Below are positions 51,319-64,000 of a DNA stretch of 64,000 nucleotides, one piece after another (positions within the stretch are counted from its first letter, which is position 1; each line of letters opens with the position of its first letter). Position numbers and translations under genes: made by a program. This DNA is from Eledone cirrhosa (lineage: Eukaryota). The stretch is from assembly GCA_964016885.1 (NCBI GenBank), contig OZ024741.1:347510001-347574000 (forward strand), given 5' to 3'. The notes below the pieces were generated by a model. It worked only from the letters and a program-made list of their open reading frames with translations, ran no database searches and was not told the origin of the DNA.

Positions 51319-51359
51319 CCAGGAACAATTGTTTCGCCTTATGCGTATCTTCAGCTTGG
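51319..51359 (-). ncRNA. Degenerate minimal hammerhead (family C, inverted pseudo-LTR)
   Basis: ccaag-CUGAAGA-uacgcauaaggc-GAAA-CAAUUG-UU-ccugg; palindromic stem III. Confidence 0.55.
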
Positions 51360-51967
51360 ACCGGCAGGATGCTCTCGCCGAAAACCTGAAGTTGTCCCCT
51401 TCAAAGGCAATGCAACACACCCGCTGTAGTTTATGAAGCTGTGGTCAATTCCAACCGACCAAATCAACCACAGCAAGTCAAATCCTATGTGGGTATGGCG
51501 TAGGGCCAATTTAAGGAACACTTCCTGATCCATCAGTCGAGCTTTAGGTACCCGGCCGATCATCCACGAAGCCCGCGAGCCGCGTATGTTCCCTCAAAGA
51601 CTCAGGTATAAACTACTCCATTCAATGGAAAACTAGCACGCAGAGGGTAATCCGTCTTCTGGCCTTTGTATTGAAGAAAAGATAAATATCCTAATGTGTG
51701 AACGCAATAGCGATTGCCTAAATTCAAGAAATAAAATCTTATCACGTTGTCCACATGTCTGTAAACACCTCTTGAATAACTACAAAGCTCCGGATTGAAT
51801 AACAACATTCTAATTTTCTGATCAACTAGAACATTTTATTCCGGACACTTGCAGTTATCTCCCTTACACCTTTCGCTCGTGGTCTTGTATCGCTTGGGTG
51901 AAGCGAGCGTTTCTGTGCATGCGCGTTCTTGCGGTTGTTCTTCCTGTTCCGTATAGACATTACCAGT

Positions 51968-52008
51968 CCGAGCTGAAGATCCGCATAAGGTGGAACAATT
52001 ATTCTCGG
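51968..52008 (+). ncRNA. Degenerate minimal hammerhead (family C, direct pseudo-LTR)
   Basis: CCGAG-CUGAAGA-uccgcauaaggu-GGAA-caauua-UU-CUCGG; stem I perfect, core mutated. Confidence 0.45.
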
Positions 52009-52075
52009 TATGTTGAACTAACTGTTGTGTTACTACTTCTACCAAACTTGTCTCACATACTGATTGCTCTACCCC

Positions 52076-52189
<114 letters not shown>

Positions 52190-52840
52190 ATATTGAAACG
52201 AAGTCATCCGAAGAAACCATGTAACACCGACCGTTCAGTCACTCACTAAATGCTTTACTTAAGCCAGCATCATTAGGATACCATCCAAAAAGGAAGGCAG
52301 AGTGTACACGTATACGTTAACAGTGAGAGAAATTATTCTCTGTAAGATATTAATCCCTATGTTTGAAGAACACGATGGGCATTTATGGAATATCATAGAT
52401 TGAGTTATAAACTCAAAATCGTCTTTTACAATTACATAGCTCAAAGAAGGGAATCTTTCCGAACCGTATAATACCTTAGTCTCATAAACCCAGCTGCTAT
52501 TTTTAGCGGAATGAGTATGAGATGCGCTAGGCCCTGCGACATGTGCGTTTATATCAGCATATCATGCAGTCTTCTTAGATCTTTTGCAATGAAAGGTACG
52601 AATTTTCCTGGATACCCGCAGATGAGCACAGGAATTCTGTCTTTTACTTAATAATTCCTGTGAAACAGATTTTGGTTAAACGCTCGATATAGGTTTGTTA
52701 TTTTTATTAATTTATTACTTTAAATCGAGTCAGGCAAACCATATTGTTTTAAATTAGTATTTGTTCAACCTATCTAACGTGGTCATTAGCAACTGGAACA
52801 CATGTATACTTATATCTGTGATCATCCTTCTCATATATCC

Positions 52841-52882
<42 letters not shown>

Positions 52883-52884
<2 letters not shown>

Positions 52885-53565
52885 AGGGGGTGTAACTAGG
52901 AGTTACTGCAGGTTCACCCGGGTGAGCACTCGATGTTTAGGTTCACTTCATTTTTCTTATAGCATTTTAAGAAGGTCCATCGAGCTGCGGGTTATTGAGT
53001 CGGGTAGGATCGATATAGATCGAACCTTTAGCTGATCAGTGGCGAAACGCGCGTCACCTATCAATAAATGCAATGAGGGAATAATCAATCGTCCTTTTAT
53101 CCTTTTATCCTTTTATCGAGAATCTAATTGTAATACGTGACGTATTCTATTCTATAGCGATTAGGTCTTCAAAATGTTTATTATAAACATACAGAATATT
53201 TTCGAATATTCTATGTCTATATTCACATATATATCGCTATTTCAGAGCATTTATTCCAATTTCTAATTTCTGCCGGACCGGCAACCGCTCTTTCAAACCA
53301 GTTCCTGTACACGGCTAAGTATTCTATAAGTCTCTAGCTGTGTCATTCTCGATAAAAGCACTGGATATGTAGTCCTGATGAATTCTAACAAGAATGAAAC
53401 GCGTAGACTTACTTCCCTTGCTTTTATCGAGAATCTAATTGTAATACGTGACGTATTCTATTCTATAGCGATTAGGTCTTCAAAATGTTTATTATAAACA
53501 TACAGAATATTTTCGAATATTCTATGTCTATATTCACATATATATCGCTATTTCAGAGCATTTAT

Positions 53566-53571
<6 letters not shown>
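52883..53571 (+). mobile_element. Composite non-coding hammerhead element (family D, retrozyme-like) inside a (TA)n tract
   Basis: 151-bp direct repeat 53110-53260 / 53421-53571 (period 311), no difference seen, enclosing a hammerhead; (TA)n 52845-52882 and 53571-53637. Confidence 0.78.
53345..53434 (+). ncRNA. Extended type I hammerhead ribozyme (family D)
   Basis: Core 53371-53409 AGUC-CUGAUGA-AUUCU(aaca)AGAAU-GAAA-CGCG-UA^GACU; distal stem I 53345-53360 pairs with 53419-53434 (16 bp) across an internal loop. Confidence 0.88.
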
Positions 53572-53640
<69 letters not shown>

Positions 53641-55359
53641 AAAACACTCATGGCACCACCTTCCGTTCCGTGATCAAAGATTTACGCCAATCTACTCCCT
53701 CACCTAGTATGTTGCTATCTCGTCGACTAAAGTTGAAGGCCCAATTTGACCTCAGCGCAAATTCCGTTGCCAGCACACATACATGTCATCTTGCACTAAC
53801 TTGCAACGATATTTTAAATTTGTAATATATGCATTATTCTAAACAAAGAACTGTGTGGAAAATTTCCTAACGTATGGTAATAAATAAGTGGGCCAGTGAT
53901 TATTGCGCCGTATTGTTTCTATAATGCAGAATTTCAGTGGGTGTTTGAGAGTTGGTGATACTAATGATAAGTGTATTAGTAATTTGCCATCAAATTAGGT
54001 AATGTGAACTAACGTATTGAGTCTGTTAAAAGTCTATGCAAAAGTTTAGAAGTTTGATCGTTTAAAAAGGAAATTTTGCTGTATATATGTGCCTTTGCCT
54101 GTGTGTATGCGTACCCATTCCTGCATTTCTAGACAGGTATTGGTAGTAAATTTGTTTAATTATTCTTTTTTCAATCTTCTATTCTTTTTTTTTTAAATTG
54201 TAGATCTAATTATTTTACTCGCAATCGTGTTAGCTAATATAAAATAACAATAAACAAATATTTCAAAAAATGGTACATAAGAATTACAGAAAACGGAGAA
54301 ATAGGTGTCCAATATCTTGTTTGGGAGAATCCATCGATTGGTTAGACATGCAAAAACAAGTTTGAGGAATTGCTTTAGGTAGAAACCAATTACAAAATGC
54401 AAAACAATCGAAAAAAAATATGATTACAAAATAGTGTAAAACTTGTACTGTCAATAATTGTAATAGATTTACTAATAAACTTATTTAATCAGTGAAAGAA
54501 GAGTTTGGCCATATAAGATACATATGTTTGATATTGTTTATTCATTGTTTTTCTTTCTTTTTATTTTTATTATAACAAATGTTTTAAAAACACGAACACA
54601 AATATAACTCGTCATGTTGAAAACGCACAAAAACAAAAATTTGGAATGATATAAGGGATTTTAAGAAACAAGTTACATTACTGGAAAGAAAGACCACAGC
54701 ACACACCACACCTAAGTAACTTCATAGAAGAACGAAATGAAAGCAAAATATAAAACAAGAACATGTGAAAGAGCCAATAATCAAAAACATACGCGTACTT
54801 ATTTGAAAAACTTAACTTGATTAACTCTGATATGTAATTAATTAAGATAAGTCTATTTTAGTGAAGCGATGTTGAATAGGGAATCAATAAACGGGTGGAT
54901 AAAGTACTCTGTTTTGCTTCAATATTATCCAAACGTCTGTACTATTTGAAGCGGTATAGTAGCGTTTTTCATTTTATGTCCTTTTTGTAATATTGTTTAG
55001 TATACTGGAAAGTTTTATGGGTGCCGACTTCGCCGATTGAGGAATTGCTTTAATGTGTTTCTTGGCGTTCATCACACAACCGTGCGTGTTACAAAAGTGT
55101 GTTACCACACACCTCATTTTGCGCTTACCTTTGATTTGAATTTGCTCGAAAGTATATTAGCAGATATACACTGAGTACATATACAAATGTATTTATGTAT
55201 GTATGCTTATTTTTTTTTTTTCAGTTTTGGAGCGCGAGACGCCTAGCCTTCATTAAAACATCTCTCTACGAGAAGGTCACTGTGAGATGAAACCTGTGAC
55301 TTCGTTTGAATCCAACGATGTAGACCAGTCGTTCTTTTGGAGAAAATGCATTCGATGTT

Positions 55360-55500
55360 CAGAGAGTGGGAATAGCCTCGTGCAATGCCTTTCCTCACTT
55401 AAAAAAGCTTAAAGCATAGGCATCACTTGATATGTGACATTTTAGCGATGCGTGGTATTGTTGGACATTGGCGAGTCCCTAGCAGTACTAAAAAGCCACG
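55360..55500 (+). repeat. RTE-like 5' UTR motif fragment
   Basis: agagagtgggaatagcctcgtgcaatgcctttcctcacttaaaa, homologous to 45673-45716 and 50603-50646. Confidence 0.45.
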
Positions 55501-55847
55501 CCCATGATTCTTAAGTATCATACTTAAGTATCAAGCGATGACATTAATCGAAATCGAGTGGCAGCTGTCATCTATGTCTATTTTTATGTACGTATGTATG
55601 TTTGTATGTATGTATAAATGTATGTATGTATGTAATGTTGGTATGCTTGTTCTCCTGGTTTTATCATTTTATAAATTTTCCTAATAGAGCAAGAGCCGGT
55701 TTCTACAAGACTCTTCCATTGAAATTTAAACAAAATCAACAATGCTAATATGTATGTTTGTCTACGTGCGTGCGAGCGAAGGCAGGCATGGATGTTATTG
55801 TATGTGTGAATTTGTGTGTCTTGATTTATATATGTACATGTGCATAT

Positions 55848-56923
55848 GTCCACTACGATGATAAAAAGGTAGGGAGCCAATGTATCTCCTTGGAGCACTC
55901 CAGCCAGTATCTCAAAAAACTTTGTCATCTCACCATATCTTGGTGTAGAGCAGTAATATCAGATCCACTATCGTCTTGGGGATTCCATAAGCCTGTAAGA
56001 TCTTCATCAGGCAGTGACGGTCCACACAGTCAAAGGCCTATCGTAGTGGACTACTTTATGCGCCTTGCACTGGAGAAACACCAGGACTCTAGCTTTACTG
56101 TAACACGGGCTCCGAGCAGGAGAGTTAAGGCGAAAAAGATATTGGATGCTGAATTTGACGACGACATAATTTTGGTGACAAACACAGTCAAGGAGGCAGA
56201 GGATTTGATTCAGGAGGTTGAGACTGTGTCGATGAGTCTGGGGCTGAGAATGAATGAGACAAAGACAAAATATCTGGTAGAGAATGTTGAGAAGCCAGAC
56301 GGGATTACTAAAGTAGGCGGGAAGCCGCTAGAATAAATTGAGGACTTCCTGTACTTCCTGTATTTGGGAGCAATGATTGGGAGTACGGAAGATGATGTGG
56401 TTGAGAGGAAGAGCAAAGCCTGGGCGGCGTGCCACAGCTTGAGATCGGTGTGGAAGTCGGACCATCGTTAAGACCTGTAAATCCACCTCTTCATTGCTGT
56501 AGTGGAGTATGTGCTGCTGTACGGGTCTGAGACTTAGACGCTGACAGAGAAACTCACTCAGATGGTGGATGGGTGCTACACGAGAATGCTGAGGATGGCT
56601 CTGAACATTAATCAGTATAAACTGAGGATAAAAAACTCAGAGCGGTATGGGAGCTTCGCAAAAGTCAGCTCAAAAGTGACACAGAGGAGACTGAGGTTAG
56701 CTGGACATGCTCACCGACATCCAGAGTTGACACTGCACTCAGTGGTCCAGTGAGAGACCCTGCATGGACACACTGGAAGAGGAAGACCAAGGTTAACATA
56801 TGTTGATGCCCTAAGGACAGAAACTGGTCTGTTGGAGACGCAGGACAAGGCAGCGATAATGAAGGACAGGCCGCTCTGAGAACTCGTCCATGGATCTCGG
56901 GAATTTTACACGCCCTAGATAGA
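55848..56923 (+). mobile_element. RTE-X-like LINE, 5'-truncated with 5' inversion and target-site duplication
   Basis: 55848-56039 inverted (KAFDCVDR..AYGIP..GVLQGDTLAPYLFIIVVD); 56040 onward direct (IVVDYFMR..EFDDDI..GLRMNETKT..LLYGSET..DGCYTRMLRMALN..RRLRLAGH); TSD tacatgtgcat(a/c)t 55835-55847 / 56924-56936. Confidence 0.87.
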
Positions 56924-59466
56924 TACATGTGCATCTGTGTTTTTATCTATACATGTGTATATGCAGTTACTATATGCATAATCTTTGAAATGGTTTACAT
57001 ATTTTTGCAGTTTCTTTTACTTGTAACCTCCTAACTAGTCATTATCTTTCTGGTTCTGTGAATCCTATCCCAGGTTCTCAATATTTGTGGGAGCCAGTGA
57101 GTAACATATCCCAGAGCCTCAATAATCCCAGTTATGAATCTAAAGGCATAGTAATGCTGGAGTATCTTCAGATTCCTCATTAGTTATGTATAGATATTTT
57201 TATTTTTGCTAATCTCTAATATTATACTGACATCTACTGAACATCTGACTTCCACTACTAGGCATACCTTCATGACAGAATATCATACATAATATATGTT
57301 ATTATACCTCAGATTTTATATAACAGCTCCAAATTCTCGTTTTGCTGAGCTGCTTAGACTACGACTATTTCCCACATCTTTCTAACTGAAGTGACGTCCA
57401 GTTTTGTTCGTACCTGCAGGCTTGGGTTAAATGTTAACACACCTTGCTGTCTGGCATATTGGGGTAACTTGTTGATCATGATATAGAGAGGCATTCTGTA
57501 CAATATACTTTATTACAACTTTATTTAATTGATGTATTTCGCCTGATGATTGATTCGCGTTTGCCACAACTTAAATAAAATCGATAGTTGGTGATACATG
57601 ATCGATTGCTTATATTGATTTTAAGTTGTTTTTCTTCTTGAATCAAGATATGAATATAAGGAAATAATCAGTTTTTTTCCAATAGTAGTACGTATTTTTC
57701 TTAATATTGTGTGCCTTTTCTGTATGTACAAAATACTTAAAATACATATGTCTCTGTCTCTCTTGCTCCATATTCATACATCTATAAATTTGATGCTCTG
57801 GGCAAATGTCCATTGCGCTTTTCAACTGAGAAGCATAAATATCATACATAGCATATATGTTATGATACCTTAAATTTGTATATATTTATATGAAACGGAC
57901 AAGTAGGACAATTGAGCAAAATCATTTATTTGATTCTTCTCCAGCCAAATGTTTGCCAATGCAATTTTGTGCATAATTTGGTGTTCCATAATATTGAGTC
58001 CAAGCTGGTGAATGGTGGCTTAGAACATGACAGTGAGTGTATGTGTGCAAAGATAGATTGATAGATAGATATATGATAAATAGATAGAGAGATAGAGAGA
58101 GAGAGAGAGAGCGCGAGAGAGTGGGTGAAAGAGAGAAGGAGAGAGAGAGAGAGCAAGAGTGAGAGAAGTTCTTGAGATATGGGAATGAAATTACCAGGAA
58201 AGTTGTGTGTGTATTGAGGCGGTGTGTGTCGGAAAAGTATATTCTTTTGTTTCTTTATACATATATTTAAATTTTATATTTTAAAGTTCTCGAAACTACA
58301 AACAAGATATCATGTTGCTGCAATTATTGTGGATTATATTATAATTTCGCTACATGTTCTGGGATTGTTATCTGACCCCTTGCAGGGAAAAATAATTCAT
58401 TTTAAAAATTAATTTTCATATCAATTTTCATATAATTGTTTACACATTTCATCATAAATCACAACTATTCCATTAAAGTTCTCTGTATGTATTCGTCTAT
58501 AGAATTTACTGTCTATTCTGCATTTTGTGTCTATCGCTACCTTAATATACCTATTTAATTGAATGATATGTTGGAGCCTAAATCTCTTTATTTTCAGAGT
58601 TTTGTTCAACTAAATACGAATAGAATTTATTCTGTATAGACTTCGATTAATTTCATTCTATTAGATTCGAAACATTGCAAGTAGAAATCATTTATAAAGA
58701 AAGAAAAAACAATTATCAATATATGGAATGTTATGACAATAGGATATTTATTATTCACGCTGGAGTCGATTTGTCAGATAAAGTGTATTACATTTCATAG
58801 GTGTTTATAGTTTCTAATCCAGGCTTAACAGTTATCGAATAGAACTATGAAAAAATATCGCATGGCTGTATATAATCATTATTTTTATTTATTCCATCAC
58901 ATTTCATTTTTAGATATATAGTGTCTTGAAAAGGAAAACAACTATTTTTTTAAAGTTTTAGACTTACCATAATATTGTATATGTCTACATATTCAGTTTG
59001 TAAATATAACAATGGAATCACTCCAAATGGCAAAGTAATCCATCCTTGTTCACATATTCTTATTACAATGAAGGGCTCAATGGAGAATATTTGGAAGCTA
59101 AATGGTCAGAACATGATAGATTTCATCAAGTGTACATAAAAAATCTGGTGAAGGTATAATGACCAATGGTAGCATTTCAGCGACGAAACGTAAATCAATG
59201 ATTCTACGCAGTTGCTCCACATACAGACAATTTGTTCTCAAATCACCCATTTTCAATGTTATGAAGTCATTTGAACTTTCAGATAATGTATACAGTAAAA
59301 CATAACTAATGTCAACATGACATTCTTCACGGTCTCACTTGAACTATTCTAACCAGAATCTAAACTACATCAATACATTACTTATTTTCGATTTTGTAAG
59401 TTACGGATGCAAGCTCATTTTGTTAATGCTTATGTAAAAGCCCGAATAATGTTGTAATATATTGTA

Positions 59467-60281
59467 CTAGCAGTAAAGCCCGGCGTTGCTCGGGGTCGCT
59501 CAGTAGCTGTGTTAAAGTTACAATGTTAAGTTTCTTTTTTGGCTTAAAAACTGTAATGTCTACTGTGCAGACTTGCATGTGGTGTTTTTGATTAATATTC
59601 CCTCAACCAACAATATGCCTTATGAAGTTAAGAAAACATAACGATAACCCGAATGTTATAACAAAAGAGGATGCTGGGGATAAAAACTGCACTGGTTATT
59701 TATTAACAAAGATCGAAAATGTAAACACTGCAACGCAGAGAAAAACATTAGCGTAACCAAATTATCAGTTATGTCTGTCTGCACGCCTATATCACCTCTC
59801 TGCACGACTGTCTGTCTGCACGCCTGAAATATTTGCTTGTTTTACGTAGTCTTTAAATAGACTTGTTTTCAAGTAAAAATATTGTTTTAAAATGCTTTTA
59901 AATGGAAATGAAGCAAAACGGAATTTTGTGTTCGAACTGATGAATTTTGCAGGTCAATATTTTGCTGGCTCGACAACTGTTCGTGTATTGTGTTAATGTC
60001 ATTTTAAACGCTGAGAAAGCCAGCGTAATTTTTTACGTAAGATGCTCAATGTAAACAGAACAAAGGGAAATGACTGATAACTTACGCTCAAAAATCGATA
60101 CATTATATTCGATTTCGTCACATAGGGTGGGTCAATTTGAAATATTTTTTTCCGATGTCTTCGCTAGGGCTCAATGTACAAGTATAGCAATTTCGGTGCA
60201 ATTCCGTGAGATATTCTAAGAGGAGATGTGTGCCAAAAATCGATAGACAGACAGACAACCACAGTTTTATATATATATAGA
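59467..60281 (-). mobile_element. Non-autonomous Helitron, copy 2
   Basis: Minus strand A|TC start, subterminal hairpin CCCGAGCAACGCCGGG, CTAG|T end, no TSD. Confidence 0.85.
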
Positions 60282-61903
60282 TAAGTAAAATTCATAATCA
60301 TGAGAGAACCAACTATTTACAAACAGATATATATGTTAAGGTTAAGGAATTTTTTTTTTGCTATTGCCAAATCCTTTTCAATTATTAATTTGATCTCTTC
60401 AAGTAGCAATATTCAATTCTCTGCTGCCTTTGCCTATTTCAACAGCATTGTTCGTATATCATTATTTGACATTGCGTAGCATTTTTGCAATGTATTAGAA
60501 AATTTCTAGAAGATGAACATTTATGCAATGCATTTTTTATTCATATTCCTAATTTACAGCTATCAAACTACAGGAAACCAAACTTCTATCCAAAAGATAT
60601 TGTCTTCTCATATGGTAGCTCGAAATAATGGTTGAAATACTGATAATAATAACAATGAAATCCAATCACCTGTTTTGCTTATTTTTACAAATTATTTTTA
60701 TTTCGTTCATTCGGTTACAAATATTATAGGCGAAATGCTGCACGAAAATAGAATATATTACCCTATATTTTAAGTGATATTTCAGACGGAGAATCGTAAA
60801 GCGAAGATTACCTGTCTGTACAGGGGACCCATCGAAATTCACAGTAATACAATTTGACAATACCCTGTTAATTATGATTTCACATCGAAAGTTAATGTAA
60901 CAATTATGATTTTAAAATGCAGAACTAAGCTGTTTATTTATGTAAGCGTCATGTAAATAATTATCATATGGATTAAGTCTTACTTCAACGAATACTTTGT
61001 TCTATAGTTCACCCGTAAATTTTCAAATACATATTTATTGTGATTGATATATAACGTGTATGAATTCATATCGAATCATACTATATAACGACATTGATTC
61101 ATATATATTTTGCATCGCTTGTAATTTAACCTTGCGTCAACAACGACTGTGTAGCATACTCCATTATAACTTTCCCCACCCTGTCTTTTTCATTTCAGAA
61201 TTAGTTTATATAACATTACATGAATCCCAAACTGATTAATATAGGTGGGTGATTATTGTAATGTAGATCCCGTTCCTATTGTTTGCAGGTTTTGGAACAT
61301 CTTTGGTTTAATATTAATTTTATTATATTATGAAATGAGAAAGAATGTGATTTTTATATATAATGCTTCAATACCATTGCGCAAGTTTAATAAGCATTCA
61401 TCGATATTACCATATAATGTAGAGAAATTGCAATTTAGACATTGATGTTCAGCTGCTCTTTGCAATAAATTTGATTCTTAAATATTCCCTGACCAAAAGG
61501 TTCTATACATATATATGCAAATCCTAATTTCAATCCATTCAAATAACAATACTATGTTCGGTGTATTTTACTCTAATTAAATCAATTCGCTTTAACCATA
61601 AATTCAAAATAAAATTTAACAAATTGGATAAAATATATGATATAAAAATGCAGCAGAATATTAAACAGATCCTTAAAATCAAGTACTGTACCAGTTTTTA
61701 AAATATCCTTATATTTACATTTACACTCTTTTGTTTGTTCTCTTTATTTTGACATTAAAAGTGAGTTTATTTTGCATATTTTCAAGATTTCTTGTAACGT
61801 TGTTACTTATTGCTTTCATTTAGCAAGAAATAAAGTGTTCAGCTTTTATCTATTGTTTATTGTTTACATTTGCTACATTCACCTGTAAGTGAATTCATTA
61901 TAG

Positions 61904-62096
61904 GAAAATGTAACTTCTTATCTTATGACTGTTCTGAAACAGCTGTGGAATCTCTAATTGGATGTATTTGCAATCACATTAAACAGAAAATAGAAGAAGC
62001 TACAAACACACTGAAATGTAGAATGATATCGTCACCTACGAAGAAAGTTGAATTGCAATTGTTAAACGAATTAGTTGCTAGTTCTCTTAAACTAAG
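61904..62096 (+). other. Possible host coding exon (unidentified)
   Basis: Stop-free, normal-composition frame KCNFLSYDCSETAVESLIGCICNHIKQKIEEATN..LKLR between attatag| and |gtatag; no homology recognised. Confidence 0.2.
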
Positions 62097-62633
62097 GTAT
62101 AGTATGTAAGTTCTAAACGTTGATCCATTACACTAGTAATTGCTTGAACTGTTTTGATCTAGATCAGGCTTCATCTTATTGACCAATGAGCAAATTCCTA
62201 TTAACATGACAATAACATTATTACCCATTTTTAAACCTTCAATTTCGTACAGTACGTAGGTTCGTACACGCCGGCTTCTCTCTTTCTAATGCAGTGATTT
62301 ATCATTGAATTAAGTAGGAAGACGTTTGTAAGAACTTGTTCAACGCTATTCACTGTCTAGGAAACGACTGTAACAGAAATGTGTCTTTATTGTAACTCCG
62401 GTGACAGAGTATAAACACGAGAATATATAAGAAAGATTATATTTGACCAATGAATTATTCATCGAGAAGAGATGGAGGTAAAGCAAAGATCAGATGAAAT
62501 TGATTTAAACTGAGAATGCAACGTACATTGATAACTATCTCAAGGCTTTTGCTGACACTTCAAACATTCTAATAATCGAACGACTTTCAATACCCTATGT
62601 GGATTTTACATTTTAATATGTTACGCTGGTTTG

Positions 62634-62702
<69 letters not shown>

Positions 62703-62711
62703 GTAGTAGTA
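62634..62711. repeat. (GTA)n microsatellite
   Basis: Direct inspection. Confidence 0.95.
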
Positions 62712-63329
62712 ACAATTCATTTTAGTGTTGGTGCTTCCGTTCTTTTTCTTCACACTCAAGCCAACAATGATCAAATTTATTCTCGCTTTGAACTCACACA
62801 CTTTCTTTTAATCGTGTAGTATCTATGAGTACAATATCCTACGTCTCATTCCTTTACGTAGGATGGTTATGTATAAAGTAACTGATATTTGATAATTAAT
62901 TTTAGGAACCATTTTAACAGTATTCAAAAAGCTGTTATTTGTTTCTTTTCTTTATCACTATGACCCTAATGTGTTATGATCAAATTATATCAATCGCTAG
63001 TTTTGTATAAGTGTGAAAATAATTTGCAGTGACTCGTTTGACTTTTTATAAGCTGCGGAATTTAACATTGATTGCTTATTGAGAAGAGATAGATGTTCTG
63101 CCTGTGGATCCTCTACTTGTGAAATGAAATTCCATTAAGAAGGCTAATATAGGGAATCAAAATACCTCGCAACAAATGATAAAATTCTATGTAAAATGTT
63201 TGTAAGTATGAAGGGATTATACGCATTGCCCTCAGTCAAACATCTTCAATATTGTTACTGTGCAAATATATGTACACATAAATTCATACATGCATACATA
63301 CACACACCGATACACATCAATATGGGGTA

Positions 63330-64000
63330 ATGAGTACTCCTGAATTGGCACAGGCTGATGGACACAAGCTGGAGGTCGGATTTGCACGTGGGTGCACACA
63401 ATCAGTTATATGGTTTGTGCTCATAATGAAAATCATCCTGCGAGGTTCAACCATTCACGACACTGAATTGAAGATTCGCTACCGGAAGAATGCCTACGTT
63501 GATGACACGGCGTTGTTGGCAAAATATAATAAGTCAAACGAAAGCAACAAAAACGGAAGTATGCAGTACCAGGCAAAATCATGCCAATGGCTGCAGATAA
63601 TATTCTGAAAAGTCTTGGGTGACTGTATTATATATCAAATCAATAGTTGAGCAGTAAATAAATAGTAAAGAGGAGACCGTGCTGATGCTGTGACATTTAA
63701 ATGATCAAATCAACCGTGCTTTCCCACTAGTTCTTATCACTCAGAACATACAACGTCATGAATCAGAAGGAGAAAAGCGTTGCGGTAATCGACCACATAC
63801 AGAATGAAATAATGAGAAGTCGCTCTATGGCCTTGGTGCAATGCGCCCAACAGGGACTCTGTGCGTCTTTGATAGCATTTGTGGTTGAAATGAAGCCATC
63901 CAGCAGCAATTTTCTGATTCGCTCTATCTATGACATGCCTCCTAGTCTGACAATTCTAAAACGTTGAAAAGTACAATAGATTGGGCTGCGCAAATGGGGA
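63330..64000 (+). mobile_element. Highly decayed HERO-like (RLE-group) non-LTR retrotransposon remnant
   Basis: LEVGFARGCTQSVIWFVLIMKIILR..AYVDD (RT motifs) and VQCAQQG..MKPSSSNFLIRSIYDMPPS..LKR resemble HERO-clade segments from memory. Confidence 0.6.

Larger units (their letters stand above)
51288..52041 (+). mobile_element. Decayed Penelope-like 3' fragment (family C): GIY-YIG remnant with inverted 5' pseudo-LTR
   Basis: ~51365-51797 translates (with shifts) CPLQRQCNTPAVVYEAVV..SYVGM..FKEHFLIHQSSF..YSIQWK..LCIEEKINIL..LNSRNKILSRCPH; 51288-51364 is an inverted copy of ~51963-52041. Confidence 0.75.

Overview
AT-rich eukaryotic, repeat-dominated genomic DNA with no confidently identifiable host gene. 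The tRNA-derived SINE resembles, from memory, octopus SINE families, so an octopod cephalopod source is inferred, not proven. Contents: (1) two near-full-length, decayed Tx1-like (L1-group; APE endonuclease + RT) LINEs in tandem at 1-11.6 kb, plus further 5'-truncated copies at 46.8-49.4 kb, all ending in (TTA)n; (2) a 7.8-kb near-perfect head-to-head palindrome of a Penelope-like element (RT + C-terminal GIY-YIG) at 31.05-38.89 kb, with a minimal type I hammerhead ribozyme in each arm, inserted in a (TA)n tract of an older fold-back; a 0.58-kb miniature with the same termini lies at 17.0-17.6 kb; (3) three further hammerhead-bearing families (23 kb, 51-52 kb, 53 kb), all anchored in (TA)n; (4) about 10 tRNA-SINE copies whose 3' end shares a covarying CUUGU stem-loop and (TTA)n tail with the Tx1 LINEs; (5) R4/Dong, RTE, RTE-X (with twin-priming inversion) and HERO remnants, two non-autonomous Helitrons, and many microsatellites. 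The most notable signals are the fold-back Penelope/hammerhead insertion system and the putative SINE-Tx1 partnership. All alignments were done by eye; boundaries are approximate to a few bases unless stated.
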